Part shown: one piece after another, positions 31,201-44,916 of the stretch
How the letters are laid out: each line of letters starts with the position of its first letter
Position numbering within the stretch: the stretch's first letter is position 1
Assembly: GCA_040954595.2 (NCBI GenBank)
Contig: CM082580.2
Coordinates: forward strand, 2,842,783 to 2,906,782
Length of the DNA: 64,000 bases
Direction: 5' to 3'
Source: Balanoglossus misakiensis
Taxonomy: Eukaryota; Animalia; Hemichordata
Made by a program: the position numbers and the translations under genes
Notes under the pieces: generated by a model
Database searches by the model: none
What the model saw: the letters and a program-made list of their open reading frames with translations, nothing else
Told to the model about the DNA's origin: nothing

Positions 31201-33620
31201 GTTTACTTCAAAGTCTCTCTCTCTCTCTCGCTGCCCTTTTTCCATTAATTATGTTTGATACAAGACACCGTTTATGTTATTCTACATGTGGATATACAGT
31301 GCATCAACATTCAACCACACACAAATTCCATCCCTCTTGTAGACACGAGAGTGAAAAACTCGCCAAAATGAATAATTGGTCTTTACCATTTATTCATATT
31401 GGCGAGATTTTTACTCTCATATCCTACAGATAGGATGGAAGTTGTGTGTGTTTGAACGTTGATTCACTATATATCCACATGTAGAATAACATAAACGGTG
31501 GCTTGTAAGTTGTATCAAACATAATTAATGGAAATTCAGCACAGGTGAGATGTCATGGAAACAAATTAAAGACAAAAATGTTGCATTCCCTTAAGGCCTT
31601 TCTTTGATACAGTCACATCGATATCAATGATGTGGATGCATCCGCATACGGGGAATTGAGGGTATCACAGGGTGTCAATCATTCATTAAAGGGACAAAGT
31701 CTCTTTCTCGCTGTCATTTTTCCATTTATAATAGTTTGTTTGATACAAGACACCATTTATGTTATTCTACATGTGGATATATAGTGAATCAACGTTCGAC
31801 CAAACACAACTTCCATCCCGTTTGTAAACACGAGAGTGAAAAACTCGCCACAATGAATTGTTCTCTATCATTTTGTTCATTTTGGCGAGATGTTTACGGT
31901 ACTCTCATATCATACAAGCGGGATGGAAGTTGTGTGGTTGAACGTTCATTCACTATATATCAGAATGTAGAATAACATTAACGGTGTCTTGTATCAAACA
32001 TAATTAATGGGAAAAAAGGGCAGCGAGAGAGAGACTTTGTCCCTTCTAATGATAGCAAGTATGAAAAGGGAATTCAAAAACTTACTTTGGACTCATGCAA
32101 GTACTTTTGATATTGCTGGTTACTTCCATAAACACACTGGGAGGTAATGCCAGGTAAAATAATCTGTTTCCCACTGCACCCTTCTCCGTTTTCTCCAATT
32201 CTGAGGCGAGGTTCTCAAAGGCAGATCTTTCATTATAAGAACCTTTCACATATTTATTCAAAGAAATGAATTCTTTCAGCTTGGCATCTTCTCCTTCTTT
32301 CACCTTTAAAGTACACATACATTTAAGATCAGATATGTTAATTACTGTAATAATAGTTTTGTTCTGAATGTGTTGAATTACTTGCTTTCTTCAGTAATTT
32401 TCCTCAAAAAATTACCGGTACTGTAAATTTAACCACTGAGACATTGCATTTTCATTGCAATATTTCACAGTTTTTAAAATTGTGGAAAATTTCAACTGTA
32501 CTGATATTTCTTTAATTTTGTGGCCATTTTGTCAAAAATAAGTGCTATCTTGATATAGTATCAGGCAATATCATTTAATTGATAGAATCAAAAGCCATTC
32601 CAAGATTATTGGAGATATTAAAAGCTTAACTAATTTAACTAAACAAGAAAGTGGATACAAAAACACTCATTTTTGATATGTCATTCAAAAGGACTATGGC
32701 AGCACATCTCCAACGGAAAACCTGACAACATAGTATTGTGCAAAGTGCTTGGCATTCTCACCTTCATGAATGGTTTGGATTTTGTCATGATGGCATCAAC
32801 AGTGAGAGATGATCTTGCATAGCCAACAAAAGTGGTATTTTTAGGCAAAAGACCATCTCGAAACTGCCACCTGTGAAATGAACAATTCAGGAATTATTTC
32901 CATGTTTGATATTGAAAGCATTCACCACAAAGTTGGATTGAGAGCATTAAAAACTATTAATAATAAGTATGTTTGCTTACCACAAAGTTGGATAAATTTT
33001 CTTTTTTGCAAGGTCACCCTGAAAGATATGGGAAATGTATATTTTGTAAAATAATGCTTCGTCATTCTTAGTAGTACTTGCTTTACTGGATCTGGTTCAC
33101 TTAGTGGACACGACTATACCCCATGGCAACAATACCATGGCAATGAGGGTGAGTTAGGGTTAGGGTTAGGGGGGTTAGGGGTGGCAATGTGAGGGTGAGT
33201 TTAACCCTAACCCTAACCCTAACCCTCCTGACCCTAACCCTAAAAAACCATGGTATCGCCCATGGGGTATAGTCGTGTCCACTAAGTGAACCAGATCCGC
33301 TTTTAATACTAAACATCAAAACACAAAACAACATGTACTACATATATGGAGATTCCCATTTTTTTCACAAGGGATCATGGTTACATAATTACTAGTATGT
33401 CTTCCCAAGTAAAATCTTTCAGCAATATTTTAACATAACCATGAACTTGAGCAGTCCACTACTGAGATGCAGAGCCTGTGGTAACTGCAGCAAGGACTGT
33501 CTGTGGTTGTGTGCATACACTTACCGACGCTCCCATTACTACGAAGATATGAGGCACTGTTCGTTCGCTTCCCTCCATAGTCTCACGAATAAGCTGAGCG
33601 CTTTTATCTTCACTTGCCAT
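25224..33620 (-). CDS. G6PD: Glucose-6-phosphate 1-dehydrogenase, 13 exons, ~506 aa
   Basis: Exons 33620-33525, 33018-32981, 32870-32762, 32303-32086, 31164-31006, 30448-30323, 29693-29600, 28448-28262, 27684-27655, 27254-27049, 26252-26176, 26039-25947 and 25311-25224 join in phase. Motifs: [72 protein letters not shown]. Confidence 0.97.
28572..28867. mobile_element. piggyBac-like MITE, family C copy 2 (ATAT flanks)
   Basis: Homologous along its length to 7126-7431, with CCCT...AGGG ends. Confidence 0.75.
28915..29106. mobile_element. MITE with TAG-type termini
   Basis: tagactctctcacagccc ... gggctgtgagagagtct. Confidence 0.55.
30564..30841. mobile_element. TTAA-flanked element family B copy 2
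   Basis: TTAA on both sides; homologous to 1172-1491. Confidence 0.75.
31209..32045. mobile_element. Two adjacent fold-back MITE family A copies (31209-31535 and 31686-32045)
   Basis: Long (~120 bp) inverted arms homologous to 47322-47676, inside a G6PD intron. Confidence 0.85.
33088..33298. mobile_element. TIR element containing inverted telomeric repeats
   Basis: Perfect ~39-bp TIR ggatctggttcacttagtggacacgactataccccatgg / ccatggggtatagtcgtgtccactaagtgaaccagatcc, enclosing (TTAGGG)n then (CCCTAA)n. Confidence 0.85.
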
Positions 33621-33747
33621 TGCAAATGTTGAAGGATGTTAACGCATGAAAAGTCGACACCTTTTTAATACAACTTATCCACACTTATACTTCAGGAAAC
33701 GTAAGATACTGACAGCTTCCTTCTTTGCAATATGTTTGGATTTTTAA

Positions 33748-33760
33748 TGACCTTTGACCT
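33748..33760 (-). promoter_or_regulatory. Perfect DR1 nuclear-receptor-type motif (AGGTCA-A-AGGTCA) upstream of G6PD
   Basis: tgacctttgacct on the + strand, ~130 bp upstream of the G6PD ATG. Confidence 0.35.
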
Positions 33761-34029
33761 CCCGGGGACGGACTGCACGACTTTGGCGCTCTGATGAAGT
33801 GATTGTTCGCTAGAATTCGAGGTTTCAGCTCTGCTCATGTAATAATATCATTATTTAAGTCACAATACGACAGCGAAGAGTCTCCATGCATAAATTTACT
33901 TTGTTAATAACTTATCACTGTTTACACACGGTTTGCGTTTACTCTGCTAAAATGGTTTGGTCCAATTAAATTTTCACAAGTCATGGCGGTACACGGGGGT
34001 GTCTGTCCTATTCAAAAATGCAGTGCAGA

Positions 34030-34665
34030 CATTGTGTCGAGGGCCTGTGCACGTAATTTTGAAAGGAAGGAGGATAATTTTAAACTTCATTCTTTCTTTT
34101 ACAGATAGCCACTGCAAAACCATTAAAACTGGCGTGATATGTTCAAATGTCCTTATACCACTAATTCTGAACAGACCGATTTTTTTTCAAGGTGGTGTTT
34201 TTGAATTCCGTACAAAAAGTCAAGACGCGATATTACAAAAGCATGTATCAGTTTCTGTGTGGATTTCTTGTCGATCAAATAACGAATTTTACTCATTCCG
34301 TACAAAGCGGAAAAAACAGATTAACAAAACGTATTGACCTGATTCGTCATGAAACCACCATAATCTAAAATTACTCGATTTTATTTTACCGGTGCAGACG
34401 TAATGATATCGAGTTATGGAATTCAACTTCATCGAGTCAATCTTGCCATCAAGCATCATAAACCCAGCATATTTGACTTCATCCATTAACGAAATGATGG
34501 AACACATATTTCATTTAGATCTGATCTAATACTCTCGAGGATATCACAAACAGCACAATTTCATTCCAAACCATCGAGTATTCATTTTATCATCATGCAA
34601 GAGGTGTAGTGTACGAAGTAAAAATGAGAGGTCCGAGACCCGAACCATGTGGAACAGAGTATAAA
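34030..34665 (-). mobile_element. Degraded CR1/L2-clade LINE reverse-transcriptase fragment
   Basis: SVPHGSGLGPLIFTSYTTPL (degenerate GVPQGSVLGPLLF) and a downstream WLSVKERMKFKI-like segment, with stops and frameshifts. Confidence 0.7.
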
Positions 34666-35785
34666 ACAGCAGCCACGTACTTCAGAACATCGGCTGTAGT
34701 TATACGATTAGGCGAACTACAACAATGTTGACGACACACCTCCACCTTTACTTCAAGGGAACACTGATTTTCTGATAATATCAATGATTTTTGGAAAGTC
34801 GTGAAATGTAAGTTGTGTTTTGCGATAGCTTTTCGGAATAATCTAGTACACTCGTTTCTCCACCACGGACCTGTAACAACAATCATTGCACGAGGAATGA
34901 AATCTTTTAATCGATAAAAGCTCGCGCTACCCGTAAAACTCCGAGAGAATGGTACCACAGAATATATATGATGACTTCAGCTTATTGAGCTTGCTAGAGA
35001 AAATTGACATGCGTACAATGAAGATAGGAAATCCATCCCTCTTCCCATAGGCATGGAGTTTTTAAACAAAAAATTCATCTCCAATCGTCATATCAATCTT
35101 AAGAAATGTAGCATGCATGATGCGTATATACCATTGTGTTCACACTGGGTAAATTTCGCCTTGGGGTCTGCCGAACTCACCTCAATCATTTAAACAGTGC
35201 TGCTGCTCTATAAGAAAAACGTCTCTACAGCTGTCCTTGAGTCAACTCACAAACAATGTGATGCTCATAATTGTACAGGTACACATCATTGCCAGTGCAG
35301 TGGGAATACCTGTTGTTTGTACCTGCTTGTCTGTTGCCAACTCGGAAAGAACTTTCAACAGACGATCGTCACGTCATGTTAAATCTTTTTTTTTTAACTT
35401 TTATTGGGATTAAAAACAGTCATTTTCTGATACATAACTTAAAAAGTTTTACATTTTTTGTATAAGCTCATTTACAACGTGTGCTTTACCACAATTCTTG
35501 AACTTGTTTGGAACAGAAAGTGTGAATCCAAATCACTTCAATGTCTGATTTACATTCAGGCCTTTCTGCTGAAATACAGACCATGGCACTCGGTTAAAAA
35601 CAAGTAAACATGCATGTCGAAGATAAAATTGAAACCAGCGTCAAAAAGGCCTTTTATAAGACCGACTTTCCTCCCGCACGTAGAATTCATAAACTATACT
35701 TTCGGAAAATTGGGTTGCAGTATCTGGAATTGCCCTAGACGAGGTAACATCTCCTCTAGGGCATTCTGGGTGAGAGAAATGATAA

Positions 35786-35789
35786 AGAG

Positions 35790-35845
<56 letters not shown>

Positions 35846-35846
35846 G
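35786..35846. repeat. (GA)n/(GACA)n microsatellite
   Basis: Seen directly. Confidence 0.9.
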
Positions 35847-36235
35847 TGCATAAACGGAATGCCTAAATTGATCAGCCATAGCCATACGCCTTGTGTTCGC
35901 TGTTCTCAAGTTTCAGCACTTTCAAGCTGACTTTATTCACTTTTATTGTACCACGCCATTGAGCATACTGTGTATATTGCATACAAAATTCACTTCATGG
36001 AACTAAGGAAATGTGACAGAAAAGTAATAACGACAACAAACTTTACAAAAATTAATATGTCAGTATTGAAAGTATACGTTGCATCTGAACAGCTGTCGAA
36101 ATTGTCCTGTCATTTATCAACATCGTGAAGCACATATGCTTTTTTTTTTGAAATTATCCGGTTAACAAGTACCGCCTTTATTGTGATCAGGAAGACAGCA
36201 ACGTCACCGTGCGCGTGCGCAGTATGACGAAAATA

Positions 36236-39200
36236 CTACAAGCACTTTCGATGGACGACAGCGGGACCGCATTCTTCATACTCTTGTTTGGTAATCCACA
36301 TTTGCTGAAAGGTTGTAAGTGAAGCCAAAATGGAACCGCCAATCCAGACTGAATACTTCCTCTCGGGCGGTGCTACAATTTTGATTTTAATGGCGGTTGG
36401 GGCTAGCGAGGCGATTTCTCTTTGCAATCTGTCAGCCATCCCAGGATACATTGTGCTACCACCTGATAGAACAGTATTGGAAAAGAGATCTTTACGGATA
36501 TCCACTGCACACCTCATAACACTGTTGTAAACATTTTCATGGATTCCAGCAATTTCCATTCCTGTCACGAATAACAATAGTGAAAAAAGTACGTACATGT
36601 ATCAATAAATTAATATCAAATATAATTAGCAGGGACTTTATATTGTACTAAAGCATATTAGGGCCGACCTTATGGCAAGTAAAAAAAATCAAGTAATAAC
36701 AACTGTGAAAAAAACTGTTTCTACGAGATTGAATCTTGTAAAAACGAGTTTTTGATAGTCCTAAAACAAGTTAGGAGGTCATCAGGCGGAATTAGGGTAG
36801 AGTTCACCAAAAGAAGGCGCATTTAATGGACAAATTTATTCAGTTTCTATCATATCGATATTTCTCAACTTTCCCTGAATCTATCCTTGTGGTCCTCATA
36901 GGGGCGCAGGGGCTGCAGTCGAACCAGACCCTTTCAAATCAGGTTTGCTGTATGAGGCCGAGTTCAACCCTTCCCGACTGAAGCCACAACAGATTACTCC
37001 ACTTTGTTATATTAAAAGTTGCCCAAGTGGATGAATTTCGTGTCAGAATTCAAAGTTGCGACGATTATTGATAAAAAATGTATTGTATTCTATTTTTGAC
37101 TTGATAGGTTGGACGATCATGCTTCCATCGTAATGACCACAATCAAGAAGTTGTAATAACGCGGAGATTAAATTTTCGAAAAAACGAATATTAAAAGTCG
37201 TAATTACGATATTTTAATTTTATTTGACAAAATGGCCCCGATACGCTCCGCGTTTAGGCCTACAGCTTCAAATTTGCAAACTCACACTCCAGCAGTTTAG
37301 ACTAACTAATAATTAGGCAACCCCAATAAAGCTTATTAGAATATATTGTGACATGTACAAATCTTACCGAGAAAATTTGGTTGAAACAACGCCTCAGAAC
37401 AACGGAACCGCTCGCTTCCAATAGTGATTACCTGTCCGTCGGGCAGTTCATATTTCTTTTCAAGGGCAGAATTCGAAGCAGCAGAAGTCATTTCATTGTC
37501 AAAATCCACGGCAACGTAGCATAGCTTTTCCTTGATGTCACGAACAGTCTCTTTTTCAGCTGTTGTTGTCAAGGAATAACCACGTTCACTTAGAAGCTGC
37601 ATCAAATAGTTGGTTACGTCTCGCCCTGCAAGATCGAGACGTAGAATGGCGCGCGACAGCGGATAGCCTTCATAGACTGGCACTGAGTGAGTAACACCGT
37701 CCCCGCAGTCCATTACAATTCCAGTTGTACGACCGGATGCGTAGAGTGATAAAACTGCTTGGATAGATACATACATAGCGCAGGTGTTGAAAGTTTCAAA
37801 CATTACCTGCAGACAAAATAATAAAGAACAATAATAGTTCGTGTGTACGTTTCCAGTCACACACATGGTTTCTCAGTAGGAAGATCAAATGGGCGCTCTT
37901 TTTTCGCGTGTGCCACCCACTGAAAATCTGTGATTGACTAGATCTCAATTTGCCATGGTAACTGTTGCTAAATATACATAGGTGACCATATACCTGTCAT
38001 AACATCAAATGATAGGGGTTGTGAGCACGCCAGAAAATCCATCCCATATAAAACACCAAACTGATGTTATGACATACCTTTAACTGGAACCTAACCCGTC
38101 AATCAAAGGCATGAAAAATGACCACCCTATGCATTGATAATATGCGTTTAAATGGATGAGATCAAATATGATGGTCCTTGATGAAAAGACTGAGGTAGTT
38201 CACTTTTCATCGCATTTAACAAGAGATGTGACTAAGCTCGACATTCCAAAGAACAGTAAAGTCAATGTTAATCCGTACTCGGTGTGCCGCCCCTTTTCGC
38301 ATTATACAAAATCGGTAAAATTCGGTATCCCGACTACCAGCTTAAGAAACTTCAATCAGTTGAGAATGCGGTTGCATGCCTTGTATAACACGTACTAAGA
38401 AATGTGAACAATATCACGCCCCCTTTTCCAACTTCATCGGTTGCCAGTGAAAGAAAGAATCAAATTCTAAATTGTGTTTTACTTTTTGTCGTTCAAAATT
38501 CTTCGTAGCGAATGTCCACAGTATTTGCAATCATTAGAAGATGTACATACCGCTGATCGGGCTCTCCGTTCATCTAAAAACAATTCTCTTTAATAATACC
38601 AGGAGCGACACCAGGACCACTACAATTAATTATGGCAATCGCGCAGTTTCAGTTGCTGCATCATTGTTCTGGAATGAGCTTTCTTTCTTGGTTGCTCTTG
38701 TGGGTCTTTTGTACATCGTCTTAAAACCCGTCTTTTTAGGGAGTCATATAGTACATATCTGTGATTTTTATCTGTATTTTATCGTAGTGTGAAGAGCACT
38801 GAGACATAGTGTAGTGCGCTTTTTAAGAAATAAATATTATTGGTGGTGTAACCTCGGCATACCATACAGCATGTCGTTTAATTATGCTAATGACACATCG
38901 AAGCTGGGATGAATATACCTAACGTCGGGGTATTAGTCCAAGATAGAAATGAGAACGTTCTAGACCGAACTTGAATTCAATTTTGAACAATAGCAATGCT
39001 GACTACACAGGCTGTGGTACTTAATCATGCAAAGCAGTACGTTTCGAACCGAGAACTACAGCATATACAGAAAGTTCAGCCATCACTGTATTGCATCGAT
39101 GCAGTATTAACCACGCAGGATAGTATAAGGATAAGCGTGCGGTTTGTCCCTATGACAGTCATAGAAAACGAACCAGAAAAACACACACACACAAAGTTAT

Positions 39201-40772
39201 AGAGTTCGCTTGAAGGCAGTAGTTACATTATGTATCTGTATTTAGTGTATTACAAACCTGTGTCATCTTCTCTCGGTTGGTTTTTGGATTTAATGGCACA
39301 TCTGTCAGCAAGACTGGATGCTCCTCTGACGCAACACGTAATTCGTTGTAAAATGTGTGGTGCCATATCTTCTCCATATCATCCCAATTAGTGATCATGC
39401 CGTGTTCAATCGGGTATTTTAATGCCAGGATTCCCCTTTTGCTCTGTGCTTCGTCCCCTACGTAGCTGTCTTTCTGACCCATACCGACCATCACACCCTG
39501 ATAAACCGAAATAAACCAATATGCATGGAAACGCCTTCTCTATTCAGAGAAATGTGGAAGCCGACCTCGGCTGCAGTTCAAGCGGAATGGATTTTCCAAA
39601 GAAACTTGATGTGATGAACACTATTCACTCCATGAAGACGAACAAATTTGGTCACCAAATTCGGGCATAAAATATACGCGGCTATAAAATAGCATGATAA
39701 GCCGAAGAGATATACGTTGTCTTCGCTTGTGCCCCGTCTTTGCAGTTCCCATTCTGCGCCTGCCGCCTGGAACATGAACAGCAAAGACGGAGCACAGGGG
39801 GCGGAGTTCCGATTTTCCCCACCTGTCTTATCATTTGCTAATCCAGAATACAAGCTATCGAATTTCCAATTAAGCACCTGCTAACGATAGCGAGTACTGG
39901 GTATAACTTCTTTTACCAAGTGAGCACTGACCGATATTTACTTTATCCGTGGATGGGGCACACAGATTAAGTCGTTAGCAGCCCCCTGCTTCGACAAACC
40001 GGCACACAGATTGATAGTTGCATGCATTTTAAACAGCTATTTGTGCACGTGCGTAGATTAATCTAGTGTGAATCTCCATTTTTTTTGTCATTGTTTTTTT
40101 TTTTTTTTTTGTATAAAACTTCACTGGGAACGTCTCCTTTGCCATATCTCTGGATATATGAAGGGGGTTACCGTGGAAACAGTGATGATCTTACATCGCT
40201 GAAGCTTAAAAATATTCGCGGTGAATGTACTTTCCGCAATATCACAGTTTAGGGCCTATATTTTCGAATCCCTAGCGTTTTGTCATCATTAAACACCGTG
40301 GATTCGGTTTGACCGTGTCAGATGTCATTACCATTGACGTAATATACATACAACTTGCCGTTTGAGAATGACTCACTCTACCTGAATCATATAATTTCTT
40401 CTCCATCACGTGACCCGCCTCTAGTAAGAGAATACGCGACTAGACTACCAAATTAAGGACGGACATCATAAAAATAAGATTCCGTAGATATTTTCTTACA
40501 TGTGTTTTTCTCGCCTACTATCTATATCATCCCGATAAATATTACACTGTATTCAAACCTTTGACGACACTGTTTCATTCTCGTTGTATTCATACTTTCT
40601 ACCTGAATAACGAATGGTACCGCTATCGTGCAAATGCAATTCTTACCTGGTGTCGAGGCCTGCCAACTATCGAAGGGAAGACTGATCGCGGAGCATCATC
40701 TCCGGCAAAACCGGCTTTACACATACTCGAACCATTATCTATAACCAATGGCGAGATATCGTGATCACACAT
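36236..40772 (-). CDS. Actin, divergent isoform, 4 coding exons, 376 aa
   Basis: Exons 40772-40647, 39497-39258, 37806-37368 and 36561-36236 join in phase (1131 nt): [29 protein letters not shown]...VVHRKCL*. Introns fall near codons 41/42, 121/122 and 267/268. An acceptor just upstream of the ATG implies a non-coding first exon. Confidence 0.95.
38150..38840 (+). mobile_element. Degraded CR1/L2-clade LINE 3' end in an actin intron
   Basis: [21 protein letters not shown] and [17 protein letters not shown] segments, ending in an aataaatattatt tail. Confidence 0.7.
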
Positions 40773-43685
40773 GGCCGTTGCTGATGGCAGGATCTGCAAG
40801 AAAGAGAAAGGCGCTAGGCGGGGCGCGGCAGTGTCGGAAGCGACAGTGGATGGAACATGTGATGTGTATAAATTATGTATCAAGGGCCTCACTGATGTCA
40901 TGATTGAAGGATATATATATTTATGGCGGTGGATTGCACGTGATCATTGAAAATGTTTCTTCTTCTTTTTCTAGAATCTTTGGTTGTTCCTCAGATTTAC
41001 TCTTCCCAGGGTGATATATCGTACTGAATATAAATTAATGAAGATAAAAAAACGGTCTGGTCAATTAGACAAGGAATTGGAACACGATGCACACTGATGT
41101 GAATACAGTGAACATAAACCAACCTGCTCAAATCCTACTTGGAATTTTCGTCAACAACACAGGATTTTGAGTGCTTTCACATATTAAAGCCCGTGAGATT
41201 CAACCTTGCTGTTTAACATACTTCAAATGTGCATATTTAATGGACTTTTGTAATATTGTGATTTGTTGTCCGAGCATCATGTGTTAATTTTATTACACCA
41301 TAGGCCCTATGGTGTAATAAAATTAAATTTCAGGAATTTTCGTTTTTCTTTAATTTTTGGCCATTTTGTCATAAATAAGTGTTGATCTTGATATATTATC
41401 ATGAAATATCATTTAATAGACATAATTAAAAGTATATATGAGATTATTTAAAACTTAATTTTTTTTATCCAGGTGTAGCTCATGTGCCTCGAAGCCATGG
41501 ATGCAGGATATGGGCGGTGTGTTACTGTTCACTTTCATGACTGATCAATATACACCCACATACATACAGTACATACCACATACATCTCATTAAATGCTCT
41601 TAATGTTTATTTTTGACAAAAACTATAATAACACATTACATAATGCAAATATCACGTTCATACTTAGGATAAATACAAAGTTCATACTCCTTTGTCTGAC
41701 ATTAGATACTAACACTACAGTTTAGAACATGAACAATCATATTTGTGTGTTTATGATACAACAAACGAATCAATTGCGTTTATTCTCTGTACATACTCAA
41801 ATTTGTTGGTACAGTGAATGTTGTATGTAAGCATTGAACCCAGATTATTGGAACCAAACAACACGCTGGTTATTGGCTAATGGAATTCTGCCATTTGTGT
41901 AACTAACATGACTTATGAAGGTGAAAACAATAACTAGAGTGGTAGTGCAAACAAAACTTAAAAGCCTACGAGGTATTTACACCTAAAAGAAAACAGTTGG
42001 CGAAATTCCAATAGCATTTTTTTCACCTCAAGCAAAATATTCACAAAAAAGGCTAGTGCAGACATAATAAACACAAGATGAGCGTAAAAAGTTGTACCAA
42101 TCACAGTAACTATCCAATCACTTTGGCAGGTATTTTTCAGAACTTGGGAAATGTATTTTAACAAGAATAATAATGAAACTTTTCATTCACAAAATTCACT
42201 TGTATATTAGCACACTTGTATATTGCTCATTTCTCACGACTTTCTCTCAAAATCTTGGTGAGAAAGACAAATGTATTCTCTCCAGGCAATAGTAGCACCT
42301 TGTTTGTCTTGCTAACCAAAAAGGCATCTAGAGTATATACCAAATATCACTGCAATTTGAGAATTGACCAATCATATTTTTATACAAAAATAGAAAATAG
42401 GATATTAGCTAACAAAGAAAATATCCAAAAGACTTCTTCCAAAAGGAACCCAAGTATCATACAGATCAAAATAGGAAAAACTGTCAAGATCAAAACAAAA
42501 GTCATGTGACATACCAAATAGGCAAATTTCAACAGGAAAACATGTAGGGTTTTGCAAAATGGGCTAAAAACCACTGAATTTTCAAAGGTCCTTGAAAAAA
42601 AGGGTGTAACATGACCACTGCATCATAATGATTGTGTACTGTACATGATCAGGTTTCCCTATACCACTGTCCAGAGTTTTAAGAAAATATATACTTTTGT
42701 GGATTTAGGACTTATATAATTGACAGAAAAACTGCAATTCCTGAAAGTGCCTATTTGTTATGTCACATCCTTAGAACAGAAAATAGCCACCTTTATGGTA
42801 TCTCCATCAAGTCTGCTGAAGGTACTTGAATTCCAAAATGGATCTGACAATGTTTCTAGTACAGTATTTGTCTGGAAGTATGACATGCATGTATACCCTG
42901 TAGTGAGTGAAATTAGTTGAAATATATTTGAGAAATGGTTCCCGACATGAAAAAAAATCGCAACAAAATAGCTGCCAGGTGGACATATTGGATCATATCA
43001 TGACACGTACCGGTACCTGTTCAGAGGGCCTAAGCAGAGATTAGGTTATCTGTCCAAGTACAAATGGTTTCTGAAAAGTCAAATATCCACCCTGTCATTT
43101 GGTGAAATTTTGAAAGGTTTTATAGTGATATCACATAATTGGTGCAGAATTGTTAACAAAAGCATGCTTACCTATATATTTTGACTTGCCGCAAAATTCA
43201 ACCTAAATTGGTTGAAAATTGAGGAAGTTGATGGGTTCTGAACATTTTCACAATACCAAGGAATCGCATACGCATAGAAAACAATGCAACTGAAAGATTT
43301 TGCACGTGCAATAGTGCGTGTTTGAGCAATAGCAACCAATGTGTGCTTTGAATCCTTCAATATCACCTTACGGTAGAATGCGCCTCAAAAATTAAAGTTT
43401 TAAACTTTCTCTCAAATTTTGCCCAATACAACTTTAGGATATTCGCTTTTGAAATTGAGAATAAAATTTGGAAGTGCGTAAAATTTGGAATGAGAGAGTA
43501 AAATTGGCTGAAATTATCTCAATATCAAACTCTGTGTCCAAGTCTATGGAGACAATTTAAAGTAGCAATTTTCATGACAGCAAGACAGTGAACTTCCAGT
43601 TTTCTTTTTTGATTTTGAAAAGACTTCCCAGACGCTTTAATATAACAAAGACTTGGAAGGTTTGGTGGAATATCATTTTTGTACC

Positions 43686-43917
43686 TTAAAGGGACAAAGT
43701 CTCTCTCTCGCTGCCCTTTTTCCATTAATTATGTTTGATACAAGACACCGTTTATGTTATTCTACATATGGATATATAGTGAATCAACGTTCGACCACAC
43801 ACAACTTCCATCCCGTTTGTAGGATATTAGAGTAAAAATCTCGCCAAAATGAATAAACAGTAGAGACCGATTATTCATTTTGGCGAGTTTTTCACTCTTG
43901 TGATTTTGTCCCTTTAA
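43686..43917. mobile_element. Fold-back MITE family A, internally deleted copy
   Basis: Both termini (ttaaagggacaaa / tttgtccctttaa) are retained; most of the right arm is deleted. Confidence 0.8.
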
Positions 43918-44916
43918 CAGTCATGACTGACTATGGTATGATTCTCTCAGCAGATCATTGCTCCTCCTGTAATTGGCATTGAAGAAAACCACCTGCAGTC
44001 TAAATTGCCCTGCTTATGTCAAGTAAAATATCTTTCCTGAATTTCATGCATACATGAACTTCTTCCTTCCTCCCAATGTCCAACCTTTCGCAATTTTTAC
44101 TTTGACAGCATCACATTCTGAATTTATAATTATACTGTTAATATCATGATTAATAAGTAAGTAAGCTAACATGACTACTGTTTACATGCAAGTTTTGTCT
44201 AAATTTTATAAAATATGAAATTCAGCAGGTTCACAGACATTGACACAGCACAAATGTTAGTGGAGCATACATACAAGCTTCATTTCTGTAAAAGTTCACA
44301 CAAGATATGCTATGGTAATATTTTCAACAGATGAATGGTCAGGTGGCATGCACTCATGGAATTTGGTTCAGCAGTTCTCGAACCTACTACTCACTAGGAA
44401 GTTTGTTTCGTTCCTATTATCTGTTATTTGTGTCTTTGTTCTTGTAATGTGCCTTTAAGGATGTACGCGCAGAACTTACACTGGTAAACAGTGCGCATGT
44501 GTCTCTTTCTCATAGGATTACATCGATAATTGCTAGAAAACATACTTCTACTATTGTCATTTACACAAAATTTTCCACATGGCTCATTCCAGTAAAACTA
44601 AATTCGGTCATATAAAATCATATGGTCACCACGCTCTATTTTGAGATAAATTTCGTTAAAATTTTTGCCCATAGACAAACCACTGGTGAAAAATGCTGAG
44701 TCAGCAGTTTTCTTCTATTATCGACTAAATTCATGGCTCTGTATTTCAAAAACAAGCGCGGTGACCCCTATATTTTATTACGGATTTTCATTAAACATAG
44801 AATTACAAAGGAGAATCCAAAAACCCACAATTAAAAGAAACGACAATACTTTCAATTTTACTGAACGTACATCCTTAATGATAGGCAAATTATATTCTAC
44901 ATGTATAAGTAAATAT

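Noticed and set aside
33150-33245. True telomere-telomere fusion site or telomerase RNA template
   Set aside because: The arrays are very short, bounded by perfect TIRs and inside an intact G6PD intron. No pseudoknot or H/ACA context is visible.
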